The notes beneath the pieces were generated by a model. It was not told the DNA's origin, searched no databases, and saw only the letters and a list, made by a program, of their open reading frames with translations. A stretch of DNA of 64,000 nt, taken from Octopus vulgaris. Taxonomy: Eukaryota. Where the stretch lies: assembly GCA_951406725.2 (NCBI GenBank), contig OX597831.1:35898001-35962000 (forward strand). Direction: 5' to 3'. Both the position numbers and the translations under genes were made by a program. Of the stretch, positions 13,816 through 25,449 are shown one piece after another (the stretch's first letter is position 1; every line of letters starts with the position of its first letter).

Positions 13816-15066
13816 CAGAGGTTGGACAAAATAATGGAAACACCTAGCATCATAGCATCCTAATTTTGAAATATCTATAAAACCATCAAAAGCTTGTTTA
13901 TTTTTATGTTTTTTAATTTATTATTAGTGTTGCTTAATACGTTTTGCTAAAATTGCTGTTTCTTTTCAGATATCAAGAGAAAAAGGTAATTAAAATTCAT
14001 TAAAATGACAGATCTTTCGGAATTTCAAAGAGGTCAATTTGTTGGTGCTTGTATGGCAGGTGCTAGCATAATGAATACAGCTGAAATGTTTGGCATATCA
14101 AGAAGTACTCTCTTGAAAGTAATGACAGCTTTGAGAAAGAGGAAAGACCTCCTCGTCAAAACAAAACTCCGGAAGAAAACCAAAACTTTCAGGTAGGGAC
14201 TGTTGGACTCTTACACGAAATGTTAGAAAGGATCACAAAAGTACAGCTCCTAAAATTACTGCAGAGCTTAATGACCACCCAGAGAACCCAGTTTCCACAA
14301 AAACTGTTTCCCAGGAGCAGCACAAAGCCGGATTTCACAGGAGGGCTGAAATTAGAAAACCACTACTTTCAAAAACAAACATTGCAAAGCATTTAAAGTG
14401 GAGTAAAAAACTGACAGAATTGGTCCCTAGAGCAGTGGAAGTATGTTATTTTGTTGGACAAGTCATCCTTTACCTTATTTCCAACCACCGACTGAGTATA
14501 CGTGTTGAGACAGCCAAAAGAAGCATTTGACCCAGACTACCTTTCTTCCAAGGAGGATCTGTGATGATCTGGGGGATATATCTTGGAAATCCACTGAACC
14601 AATGGTTTCCTGTCATGGCAGAATTAATAGTCAAAACTATTTAAGCATTTTATCTGATGAAATTCATCCCACGGTTGTGGAACTGTTTCTGGAAAGAATC
14701 ACAATCTTTGAGGATGATAATGTGCCAATTCACACGGATAAACTGTTACTGAATGGCATGAGGAACATTCTAGTGAAGTTGAACATCTTATCTGGCCACC
14801 ACAGTCCCCAGATCTCAATATTATTGAACATTTATGGTGCATTTTAGAAAAAAATGTAAGGAGTCGATATCCTCCTTCATGACTACAAGAACTGGAGACT
14901 GGTTTAGCTGAAGAATGGACAAAAATTGGTATTAATTCAAACTTTGTACAAGTCCATACCCCTCATAGAACTCAAGCTGTAATTACTGCCAAAGGTGGTC
15001 CTACACCATATTAAAATAAATTTGTTTGAAATTTTAAGGTGTTTCCATTATTTTGTCCAACCCCTG
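13816..15066 (+). mobile_element. Full-length Tc1-family DNA transposon (1251 bp)
   Basis: 30-bp TIRs cagaggttggacaaaataatggaaacacct / aggtgtttccattattttgtccaacccctg (1 mismatch), TA on both sides. Confidence 0.95.
14005..15014 (+). pseudogene. Frameshifted Tc1 transposase (probable DD36E)
   Basis: MTDLSEFQRGQFVGA N-terminus, VILLDKSSF, FEDDNVPIH, WPPQSPDLNIIEHLW, AKGGPTPY* C-terminus. Confidence 0.9.
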
Positions 15067-15596
15067 TATATATATATATATATATACACACACATATATA
15101 TATATATGTATATATATATATACATATATATATATATGCATCTATATATGTATGCATAGGGGTATAGGGAGAAAAAAGGATAGATATAAATATTTAGACC
15201 TATATGCATAAAGAGATGCACGTGTTTGCTTGTATATGAACATTTAAGTGTGTGTATGCACACTGTAAACATTCAGCACTAATAATACAGTACTAATAAC
15301 AATACATGTGAATATATCAATAGATGTATAAGGACAGCCATCCACACATCCCTCCATCCCTCCATCCATCCAACCATCCATCCGTCCATCTGAACATCCG
15401 TCCATTTTTCTATCTGTCTATCTATCTGTCTGTCTGTCTGTCTGTCTATCTGTCTACATACATATACAGACATATATATGATGATGATGTTGATAGTACA
15501 TATATATATATATATACATTATAGATTTGGGCTGGTTAAAACCTTGTGAATGATATGGTAGTCAGAAACTGAAAGAAGCCCATTATATATATATAT

Positions 15597-15825
15597 TTCT
15601 TTACTGACCACAAGGGGCTAAACATAGAGGAGGCAAACAAGGACAGACAAAGGGATTAAGTCGATTACATCGACCCCAGTGCGAAAGTTGTACTTTATTT
15701 ATCGACCCCGAAAGGATGGAAGGCAAAGTCGACCTCGGTGGAATTTGAACTCAGAACGTAACGACAGAGGAAACACCACTAAGCATTTCGCCCGGCTTGC
15801 TAACGTCTCTGCCAGCTCGCGCCTT
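15597..15825 (-). mobile_element. SINE family D, full length
   Basis: TSD aagcccattatatatatatat (15576-15596/15826-15846); core resembling the Nin/Deu SINE domain. Confidence 0.88.
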
Positions 15826-15892
15826 AAGCCCATTATATATATATATATATATATATGATTATATGTATGTATATATATATATATATATATAT

Positions 15893-16085
15893 AGGGAGAG
15901 TTTACGGGTCTGTGAAAAAAACAAAAGACAGAAGACAGGTAGATGCCCTTACAAAACAAACAGATGTAGTTAGTATGCCACCCGCACTGCTGCCAGGAAT
16001 ACGGCCACGAAAGTCTTTTTACGTTTCACCGGCTACGACTCTTCACAGAAAGGAACACAGAAAAAACCACGGTCGAGAAACAATA
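15893..16085 (-). mobile_element. Degenerate copy of the hammerhead-bearing ~200-bp element
   Basis: Collinear with 56533-56740 (aaaagac...gtcttt..acgtttc...ctcttc.acagaaag) and flanked by (TA)n. Confidence 0.55.
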
Positions 16086-16168
16086 TATGCATATATACAT
16101 ATATGATTGCATATATATATATATATATATACATATATTTTATATGTATCCTATATGTACGTATCACA

Positions 16169-16238
<70 letters not shown>

Positions 16239-16484
16239 ATATATTTATGTGTGTGTGTGCTCCTTTGTTTGTCCCTCTGCCATCACTTGACAACCGATGT
16301 TGGTGTGTTAATGTCTCTGTAACTTAGTTGTTTGGCACAAGAAAGACCGACGGAATAAATAGTGGGGACAATTTCTTCACCTAAAAAAACCTTTAAAGCA
16401 GTGCTCCAGCATGGCCACAGTCAAAAGACTGAAACAAGTAAAGGAATAAAAGAATAAAAGAATATGTCCAATACATACATACAT

Positions 16485-16547
<63 letters not shown>

Positions 16548-16989
16548 ATTGTGTCATTTGATTGTTTATGTATTGTAATGACAAAAATATTTATTATGAT
16601 GACAACGAAGATATTTGTATTCTTGATTACAATTTTATATAAGACAGCATCATATATGTCAGCATCTATTTTGTAGAAATTGATGAAGTGCAGAATAAAT
16701 ATTCAACAGTCAAATAAAAGTTAATAATAATAATAATGATTTAAATACTATGAATATTGTTAATAGCAACAAGAAAACCAACAGTTGCAGTAATAACAAT
16801 TACAAGGTTCTAATTTAGACACAAGGTCAGTTATTTTCATGCAGGGTAGTTTGTTGATTGCATTGACCACAGTAGTTGATTGGTATTGTATTTTGTTGGC
16901 CTGGGAAAACTGCATGGCAAAATCGATGGTGATGTGGTTTGAACTTTGCTGGAATATGAAATACAAAGAATTCATACTTGCAGCTTGCC

Positions 16990-17031
<42 letters not shown>

Positions 17032-17039
17032 CATCATTA

Positions 17040-17375
17040 TCATCATCGTTTAATGTCTGCTTTCCATGCTAGCATGGGTTGGACGAATGACTGAGTTGCT
17101 GGCGAACCAGATGGCTGCACCAGGCTTCAATCTTGATCTGGCAGAGTTTCTACAGCTGGATGCCCTTCCTAACGCCAACCACTCCGAGAGTGTAGTGGGC
17201 GCTTTTACGTGCCACCGGCACGGGGCCAGTCAGGTGTTACTGGCAACGACCTCGCTCGAAACTTTTACACATGCCACCGGCACAGGTGCCAGTAAGGCGA
17301 TGCTGGTAACGATCACGCTCGGATGGTGTCTTTTATGTGTCACCGGCACGGAGGCCAGATAGCCACTCTGGCAGC
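17040..17375 (-). mobile_element. SINE family C with (GAT)n tail
   Basis: catcatcgtttaa...ccatgctagcatgg...ctacagctggatgcccttcctaacgccaacc. Confidence 0.85.
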
Positions 17376-17585
17376 TCAATACCACAGATTTGCTGGTCAA
17401 TTGTTTGACCTTAACCAGTTGAGCATATGCCTTGGTGGCTGATGATATGGGCATCTTTGTTTGCAAGCATCATAGCCATGTGTTTAGAGGATTTCTTTGG
17501 GGTTTGAATAATTCACCTGTGGAAACATGAATGTTTCATTCATCATTCTTACACAAGCCTTATTCAGGGATCTTTTGAGCAAGGC
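17375..17585 (+). mobile_element. Fragment of the Dong-associated 3'UTR repeat
   Basis: gctcaataccacagatttgc...ggggtttgaataattcacc matches 25980-26210. Confidence 0.75.
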
Positions 17586-18546
17586 CTTATTCAGTTCAAG
17601 GTGCAATGTAGGTGGGGACCAAATCTGGAACCATGTTGCTGAGATGGAAACTTCTTACCACACGGCCACACTTAATTATGCTCACATCTTTCTGTGTGTG
17701 TGTATATACAAATTATATATATACACACACAAACACACTCACTCACACGCACACATGTATATGCACCCCCACCCCCCACTGTTTGTGTTTTTCTAACTAT
17801 ATATATGTAGATATATATATATATATATATATATACATCTCTGATGAAATTTATAACAATCTACTATAATAATACTCTTGGGTGATAGATGATAGGAAGG
17901 GGTGATAGATGAATAAGGAAGGATGGGGTGATTGATGAATAAGGAAGGAAGGAAGGGTGATGGCAAAGTGGTAGTGGGATGATGGAAATACTACTGTGAA
18001 ATTAAATCAAACAGCATTTCAAATCTGTGAGAGCATATGTGTGTGTATGTAAAATGGAGATATATGATTGTTTGTTTGTTTGTGTGTGTGCAATGGAAGT
18101 GGGATGGTGAACATTCAATGCTGAAAAGAATTCAAACAGCGTTTCAACCTTGTGGCTGATGTATATGTGTACAGGGAAGTATGTTGTTTTGCAAGCATTA
18201 TGTAGCCATGTTTTACAATTAGCCATTTTTTTGGGGTTTGAATAACACCTGTGAAGAAAGCATGAATGTTTCATTCATCATTCTTACCCACCACACCCAC
18301 CAGGGATCTTTTGAGCAAGGCCTTATTCAGTTCAAGGTGCAATGTAGGTGGGGACCAAATCTGGAACCATGTTGCTGAGATGGAAACTTCTTACCACACG
18401 GCCACACTTAATTATGCTCACATCTTTCTGTGTGTGTGTATATACAAATTATATATATACACACACAAACACACTCACTCACACGCACACATGTATATGC
18501 ACCCCCACCCCCCACTGTTTGTATTTTTCTAACTATATATATGTAG

Positions 18547-18577
<31 letters not shown>

Positions 18578-18940
18578 TCTGATGAAATTTATAACAATCT
18601 ACTATAATAATACTCTTGGGTGATAGATGATAGGAAGGGGTGATAGATGAATAAGGAAGGATGGGGTGATTGATGATGAGGAGGAGGAGGATGATGAGCA
18701 AAGTGGTAGTGGGATGATGGAAATACTACTGTGAAATTAAATCAAACAGCATTTCAAATCTGTGAGAGCATATGTGTGTGTATGTAAAATGGAGATATAT
18801 GATTGTTTGTTTGTATGTGTGTGTGTGTGTGTGTGCAATGGAAGTGGGATGGTGAACATTCAATGCTGAAAAGAAAATTCAAACAGCGTTTCAACTCTGT
18901 GTGAGTATATGTGTGTATGTGTGTACAAGGGAAGTATGTG
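17565..18940. repeat. Near-identical tandem duplication, period ~736 bp (possibly assembly artefact)
   Basis: cagggatcttttgagcaagg at 17565 and 18301 with collinear downstream sequence. Confidence 0.9.
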
Positions 18941-19129
18941 AATGTTGTACCAGTGATTATTATGTACCTCATTTATATATTAAAAAAAACTACAATTAGC
19001 CATCATTTATGATGGCACGGTGCCAGCTAGTATATATATAAATGGAAAGATTGTGAAGAATCAGCAAAATGGATCAAAATCTGCAGCATTAACCCCACCA
19101 CACCCACCAGTATTGGTCAATCAAAAGAT

Positions 19130-19360
19130 GACAGTTCTTTTCTTTGATAACACTGGAGTGTATGGAGTGTAAGACTCCATAGAAACATCACAAAATTCCT
19201 TCCTCATCCAGATTATGTACCAAATCTTGCTCTGACCAATTACCAAATTTTCAAGCATCTCAAAGAGAAATTTCTAGCAAGTGAAATACTTCAAATAACC
19301 AAACTGTAGCTCAGAATGCCGTTTGTATTCAAAAACTTCAGAATTATATGCAACCAGAAC
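19130..19360 (+). pseudogene. mariner transposase relic
   Basis: FLPHPDYVPNLALTNYQIFKHLKE, a decayed LPHPPYSPDLAPSDYHLF motif. Confidence 0.6.
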
Positions 19361-19371
19361 CCCCCCCCCCG

Positions 19372-19647
19372 ATTATGATGATGATGATGATGACGATGAT
19401 GATGATGATGGTGATGATGATGATGATGATGAAAATGATAATAATGATGATGATGATGATGATGATGGTGGCAGCGATTATGATGATGTCAATCATGTAA
19501 ATGATGATGATGATGATGAGGAGGAGGAGGATGATGAGCATGATGAGGATGAGGATGATGATGATGATAGTGATGATGAGAATGAGGATGATGATGATGA
19601 TGATGAAAATGATGATGATGATGATGAGGATGATGATGATGATGATA

Positions 19648-19685
<38 letters not shown>

Positions 19686-20010
19686 AGTGATGATGAGAAT
19701 GAGGGTGATGATAATGATGATGATGATGATGATGATGATATCAGAGATGATGACGATGATGATGATGGTGATGATGACAACAATAATGATTATGATTATG
19801 ACGATGATGATGGTGTCAAGGATGATGATGATTATGATGATGACGATGACAATGATAACAAAGATGAGGATCCTAATCACGACAACCATGACGACGATGA
19901 TGATCATCATCATCGTCGTCGTCGTCGTTATCATCATCTTCAACATCATCATCACTGTCATCTTATCATTGTTGTTGTTGTCATGGTAGCCTTTACCTTC
20001 ATGATTCAAT
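19372..20010. repeat. (GAT)n/(CAT)n trinucleotide field
   Basis: Direct reading; explains poly-D/poly-M ORFs. Confidence 0.95.
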
Positions 20011-20469
20011 GGCATTATTTCTACTCAGACAGTTGTTGTTAAAGATATTTGTCATTGTAACTTTCTTTAGAAATGCGTAACCCCCCCCCCCACCCGCCAC
20101 CAATGACCACCACCACCAAAAAAAAACCCCATCTCCCTTGCACTAAAATATGCTAACATTATCTTACTAACTAACCAACTGGTGGCTTAATTGTCTTGTT
20201 CCATATGTAGTTGTAACAAAATTAAGCACAGCACAAAACTTAATTATTTGATTGGCCATGCCGTGCCGAGCACTGTTGATTTGTTGGCCTAATCTCATTG
20301 ATCAGTTGGCATAATCACAAGTGATTAGCTGCCAGTGCATGAAGTGAGATGCTGCCACCACAGAACAATCTTGGAAATTGGTCTTCAAGCTAACAAGGCG
20401 TTATGAATTACATTAGAGCCAATGTCACTTTTGTGTTATGTGTAATGGTTTAGCATTTGGGATGATAAA

Positions 20470-20856
20470 TTTCCATCACCCTCGTCGTGATCGTCATCAA
20501 GATCATCCTGATCATCATCGTCATCGTCGTCGTCATCGTCATCATCATCATCGTCTTCATCATCATCATCACTGTCATCTTATCATTGTTGTTGTTGTCA
20601 TGGTTGCCTTTACCATCATGATTCATTGACATTGCCATTGTCATAATCATCATGGATGTGATGTTGATTGTCATCAACTTCAATTGCCATATTGTCATCA
20701 TAAACATCGTCAGCATGATCATTATTATCATCATCATGACTAACATCATCTTCATCATCATCTTCAGTTGTCCTAATTACCATAATCCTAGCTGCCATCA
20801 TGATAATCATCATCATCATCATCTTCAGTTGTCCTAATTACCATCATCCTAGCTGC

Positions 20857-20898
<42 letters not shown>

Positions 20899-21350
20899 TG
20901 TCTTCAGTTGTCCTAATTACCATCATCCTAGCTGCCATCATCATCATTATGATCAATGTCGTCATTGTCACCATTATCGTTGTTGTCATCATCGTCATAA
21001 TCATCATCCTCATCATCGTCATCATAATCAGTATTGTCAAAATCATCATCATCATCAACATCATCACCATTAAGACCTTTACCATTTCTATTACCAGCAA
21101 TTCACAGTCTTTATCATCATCATCATCATCATCATCACAAAAACCATCATTACCACCACCAATACCACCAGCAATAATAACATCAACCTTTACAATACCC
21201 AGCATCAGCAGAAGCAGCTCCACCACCACCGCCACCACTTCCACCACCACCGCCACCATGTCCACCACCACCACAACCACGTCCACCACCACTGTAACCA
21301 CGTCCACCACCACCACGTCCTCCATCACGTCCACTGCCACCGCCACCACC
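20470..21350. repeat. (CAT)n/(CAC)n field with three copies of a ~40-bp unit
   Basis: tcttcagttgtcctaattaccat.atcctagctgcc at 20761, ~20822 and 20901. Confidence 0.9.
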
Positions 21351-21609
21351 AAACCTTTGTTTCAATCCTTCCTGGTTCTCTTCTGTTGTCTTTCAGTAGT
21401 ATTCTCAGTCTCCGAGATATAATCTTCTACACACACAACTACCACCGGCATTATCATCTTCCAGGTCCTTAAGGCTTGGTCCTGCACTTCCACCCATGAC
21501 CATCCTGTTATTCTGTATTAAAGAGAGACAACATAGTCGAGGCTTTATTTTTATGGCTGCAAGATACCATTTAAAGGAAATCCAGTTATTATTTGTAACA
21601 AAATGATGG

Positions 21610-21755
21610 GTTTAAATTCCACTGAGGTTAACTTTGATTTTCATCGATTCAGGGTCGATAAAATGAGTACCAATTGAACACTGGGTTCGATGTAATCAAT
21701 TTACCCCTCCCCTTCAAAAATTGCTGGCTTTGTGCCGAAATTTGAAACCATAATT
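21610..21755 (+). mobile_element. SINE family D-related fragment
   Basis: aaattccactgaggttaactttg...gggtcgataaaatgagtacc...ggctttgtgccgaaatttgaaac. Confidence 0.7.
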
Positions 21756-21986
21756 TCTAGCTGAATGAAAGCGATGTAATCACGTAGTTATTCCCTACTA
21801 CAGTTCTATATTTAAGAGATGAGGAATTATGTACATTATTTATTTTTGACGGATATTTGTCCTCATCTTGTTTCTTGTTAACACAACCATTTGGCTTGTA
21901 TACCCTCCAGCCTTCATCAAGTGTCTTGGGGAAATTTTGAACCTATTTTTCGATGTTATTATTATTAGTATTATTATTATTATTCA

Positions 21987-22059
21987 GGTCACTGCCTGGA
22001 ATCAAACTCGGAATCTTGGGGTTAGTAGCCCATGCTCTTTACCACCATGCTATATGCCC
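21987..22059 (-). ncRNA. tRNA-like module (decayed Pol III A/B boxes) inside the Penelope element
   Basis: 73 nt GGGCATA-TAGCATGGTGG...GGG-CTACTAA-CCC...GAGTTTGATTCC; acceptor stem does not pair, so not a functional tRNA. Confidence 0.6.
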
Positions 22060-22109
22060 ATGGGCAATTATGGAGTGAATTTTTAGGGCTTATAAATCTA
22101 GTATTTTTC

Positions 22110-22600
22110 TATCCTTTCTTAATACCGTTTCCCACATGCTATTCATATCTGCACTCAGTCTGTCCTAGCATGTATGCTGCTTCTTTTAGCTTTCGTATTT
22201 TCCAGTGATGTTCTCTGTCTATTATTTTAACTTCATCCCACAGGGTCAGGTGGTCTCCAAATTTCCATACATGATCAGCTATACCTGATTTATCAATAGC
22301 TCCTCATGTCACAGATTTACAATGTTCCTCTTGCCTTAAATTTCAGGGGCAGCATGTTTTGCCTTTGTATAACCCACCACAACTGCATGGGATGGAGTAC
22401 ATGCTGTCTTTGATCATATTCTCTTCTATTGGTGGTTTTACGTGAAGGAGATATTTGAGAAGTGTTGTATTACTCTTGAATACTGTCCCGATGTCATATG
22501 GGCCACATATCTTTTGTATCTTTTCGGAGAGGCTTTTCACATAGGATAGACAGATTGTGGACAGTTTATTGGTTTCATCCCCTCTTTTCTTCATTTCTTC
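22110..22600 (-). pseudogene. Penelope GIY-YIG endonuclease fragment
   Basis: LSYVKSLSEKIQKIC...DSMYSIPCSCGGLYKGKT...EEH...SGIADHVW...WDEVKIIDREHHWKIRKLKEA. Confidence 0.85.
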
Positions 22601-22648
22601 ATAATTGGAGTGGATAATATTTTTGGGGGGTAGTTGTTGCTACCCCAA

Positions 22649-22694
22649 GACACCTGATGAAGGCTGGAGGGTATATCAACCGAAACGTTGTGTT
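22649..22694 (+). ncRNA. Minimal type-I hammerhead ribozyme motif in pLTR
   Basis: gacac-CTGATGA-a-ggctg..caacc-GAAA-C-GTT-gtgtt; stem II has one mismatch. Confidence 0.65.
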
Positions 22695-23804
22695 AACAAC
22701 AAACAAGATGAGGACAAATATCTGTCAAATGTAAATAATGTATAAAATTTTATTCCCTACTGTTTAGTGTCAGGTCATCCCTGACCAATTAGAGAAATAT
22801 TTAAAGACATTCTGACCATGATCATCACATTTTCTTGGTGCATAGGGAACACTTTTTGTTACATTATCCAATATGTCCCTTTTCAAGATAGAAGCATATT
22901 ATTAGAGAGAAACTTGCTTGCAAATTTTGGCAGACTGAACATGCCCAAACAGGATCCTTTGCCCATAATTTTACATACCATCCGTCTCGTTACTCCCCTT
23001 TACCTCTTGGCTATCCCCTATAAAGGTGTACTTTTCTCCCTTGAATAACAACCTTCCTAATGTTTATAACAATCCTTTGGTACCTTACATAAAAGCTCCC
23101 TAGGTCTTAGGTCTCTCACATTAATACTGCATTGTCATGCATAAAGACCTCACTTAATGTCCCCTTATTACTGTCATTGTTCCAGATAGACCATAGACTT
23201 CAGCAATAGCTCGTCACAGCTTTAATTCTTCTTCGTCATCTCCTTCTGGTTATTTTTTTCATCTCTTTTTGTCAATGGTGTTCTAAGAAAGACAGTAAAC
23301 ACTTTATAGAAAAGAGAGCGTCAAGAGGAGGAAAATGAGGTTATGTGTATTTCCTTCATAATTGTCCTTCGTTCAACACCGTTTCCCTTGAGCCGTTTAT
23401 AGATAATGACTTTCACTAAGAATTATAACTCAATAAAAATCTATTGATAAAAGTTCCACTGTATCCGAGAAACATAGAAACACTAAACATTTTCTTATAT
23501 TGAAGCAAAAAAAAAAAAAAAAAGAGAAGGAAATGAAATGGCAAAAATGAAAATGAAAATGGAAAAAAAGAATAAAGCGAACGCAAAACAGGAAAAGAAA
23601 TAGAATTTAAAAAAAAATTATTATGAATTAAAGAGGAAAAGAGGAATAAGAACAAGTTGTAAATATACACGGTACTGGATATAACCTTTGGTTCCAAAGC
23701 ACTTAATTCTTTATATTTGTGAGAGGTTGTCATGTTAACATTAACTAGTTTCATATTAACTTTTTTTTACATCTCATATTAATGTATTTTTACCTGAAAT
23801 AAGA

Positions 23805-23866
23805 GAACACACACACACACACACTCATATATATACATATATATATATATATTATGTGTATGTGTC

Positions 23867-23911
<45 letters not shown>

Positions 23912-24046
23912 GTGGACACATACACACACACACACATATATGTGTGTGTATGCATATTTATATATATAATTATATATACATAAGTATATGTATATGTTTG
24001 TATATATATGTATATATATATATATATATATACATATGTATACATA

Positions 24047-24077
<31 letters not shown>

Positions 24078-24260
24078 ATGATATATATATATATATATAT
24101 ACACAATATATATGTATATGTATATATATATATGTGTATATATATATGTGTGTATGTATATATATATGTATATATTAGTTTGATAGAACACATCTGTACG
24201 TGTATGGATTTGTGTGAGCATGAATGCGAGCATACATGCAAATATAAGTGTGTCGTCCTA
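23805..24260. repeat. (TA)n/(CA)n microsatellite field
   Basis: Direct reading. Confidence 0.9.
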
Positions 24261-24503
24261 TGTATAATAATGTGAATGTGATTGCTACTACTGTGGTTTC
24301 CCTGTTGCATACATGAAAATGAAAATGTTAAAAATATTTAATGTGCAGAACATGAGTAGAAAGAAAACAGAGGTAAAAAAAATTCCCCAAAATTTGAAAC
24401 CTGAAATCCTATATAAATTGGTAATCTCGCTTTAAAATTGATGTTGTCATATATTAAATTTTATAACATTCATTTCAATTTATAATAATTATTATCATCA
24501 TCT

Positions 24504-24574
<71 letters not shown>

Positions 24575-24589
24575 ATCATTATTATTATT

Positions 24590-24645
24590 ACTTACTTTTC
24601 TTTCTTCAATTTTATTTCCATTTCTTGCAGAGTGTCTTCTAAACA
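24590..24645 (-). mobile_element. Very short 3' end of Dong/R4 element within (TTA)n
   Basis: Reverse complement of gaagacactc.gcaagaaatggaa...ttgaa.gaa end seen at 26780-26830. Confidence 0.6.
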
Positions 24646-24679
24646 TCTATTATTATTATTATTATTATTTTCTCTTTAT

Positions 24680-25440
24680 CACAGGTTTTGTTGGAGCTCT
24701 TGGAGTCTTTCATGCGCAGCAGGCTTACTACCTGCAGCCTACGGTACCATGCCATTCATTCTTTTCAGCTATCCAGTACTTTACTGATTATTCTGGCCAA
24801 ACCTTTTGTAACAGTTCTATGGGGCACTCTATTTCAATTTCCTTCACATTCCCTTTGATGCCCTCTGATACTCTTCCCAAGAACTCAACAATAATTGGCA
24901 CTATCTTCACTTTCGTTTTCCATAGCCTGGCTATTTCATACTTAAGAGGGTTGAACTAATCTATCTTTACGTCTTCCTTCTTGACTATTTGTGGGTCAAA
25001 GGGGCATGCAGCATTAACAATATAGCATATGTGGTGCACCTTGTCCACCTCTACTAGGTCCAGTCTGTTATGCTGCAGCACCTGATCTGTTTGGGTTGGG
25101 AAATCCCAGAGGATTTTGCTAGTTTCCGACTCTGCCAGTCTCTGTGGTTTGTGCTCATACCATGTCTTGCTTCTCTCTTACTCCCACTTTTTGCACAGTT
25201 TCCAATGTAGCACTTTCGCTACCTAGTGGTGTCACCACAACTTGTAGTGGTTTTGGACAAGACTAGGGTATTCATATGTGATATGGGAATTATTTCATCC
25301 ACTCCATTGCAGATGCAGCACAGTGGAAACACATTCATTCCTAAGGTTTACCTTCCAGTTCCTGGTCAATGCTTGGTCTTGTGCTGCCAGTATAGTGCTC
25401 TTGGTCTCTTTTTTTAGGCTTTCTTTCATCAGCCATTACC
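24680..25440 (-). pseudogene. Dong/R4-type LINE 3' fragment (RLE domain)
   Basis: VAKVLHWKLCKKW..WYEHKP..KILWDFPTQTDQVLQHNRLDLVEVDK..IVNAACPFD..YEIARLWKTKVKIVPIIV with stops. Confidence 0.88.
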
Positions 25441-25449
25441 ACAACTTCT

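Larger units (their letters stand above)
15525..16465 (+). mobile_element. SINE family B split by nested insertions
   Basis: Core end gaaactgaaagaagccc at ~15570; 3' half at 16260-16460. Confidence 0.7.
21800..22749 (-). mobile_element. Penelope-like element, 5'-truncated, with inverted pLTR
   Basis: GIY-YIG fragment; ~100-bp inverted repeat 21830-21931/22643-22742; 12-bp TSD ttattccctact (21788-21799/22750-22761). Confidence 0.88.

Noticed and set aside
19323-20042. Acidic poly-Asp 239-aa ORF
   Set aside because: (GAT)n microsatellite preceded by a mariner relic; no splice or codon evidence
20898-21422. Mucin-like Ser/Thr-rich ORF
   Set aside because: Derived from (CAT)n/(CAC)n repeats
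21987-22059. Genuine tRNA gene
   Set aside because: Acceptor and T stems do not pair and it lies within a mobile element
23785-23812. AG|GT recursive-splice-like site on minus strand (also ~38875)
   Set aside because: Weak donor, no host gene identified, frequent by chance
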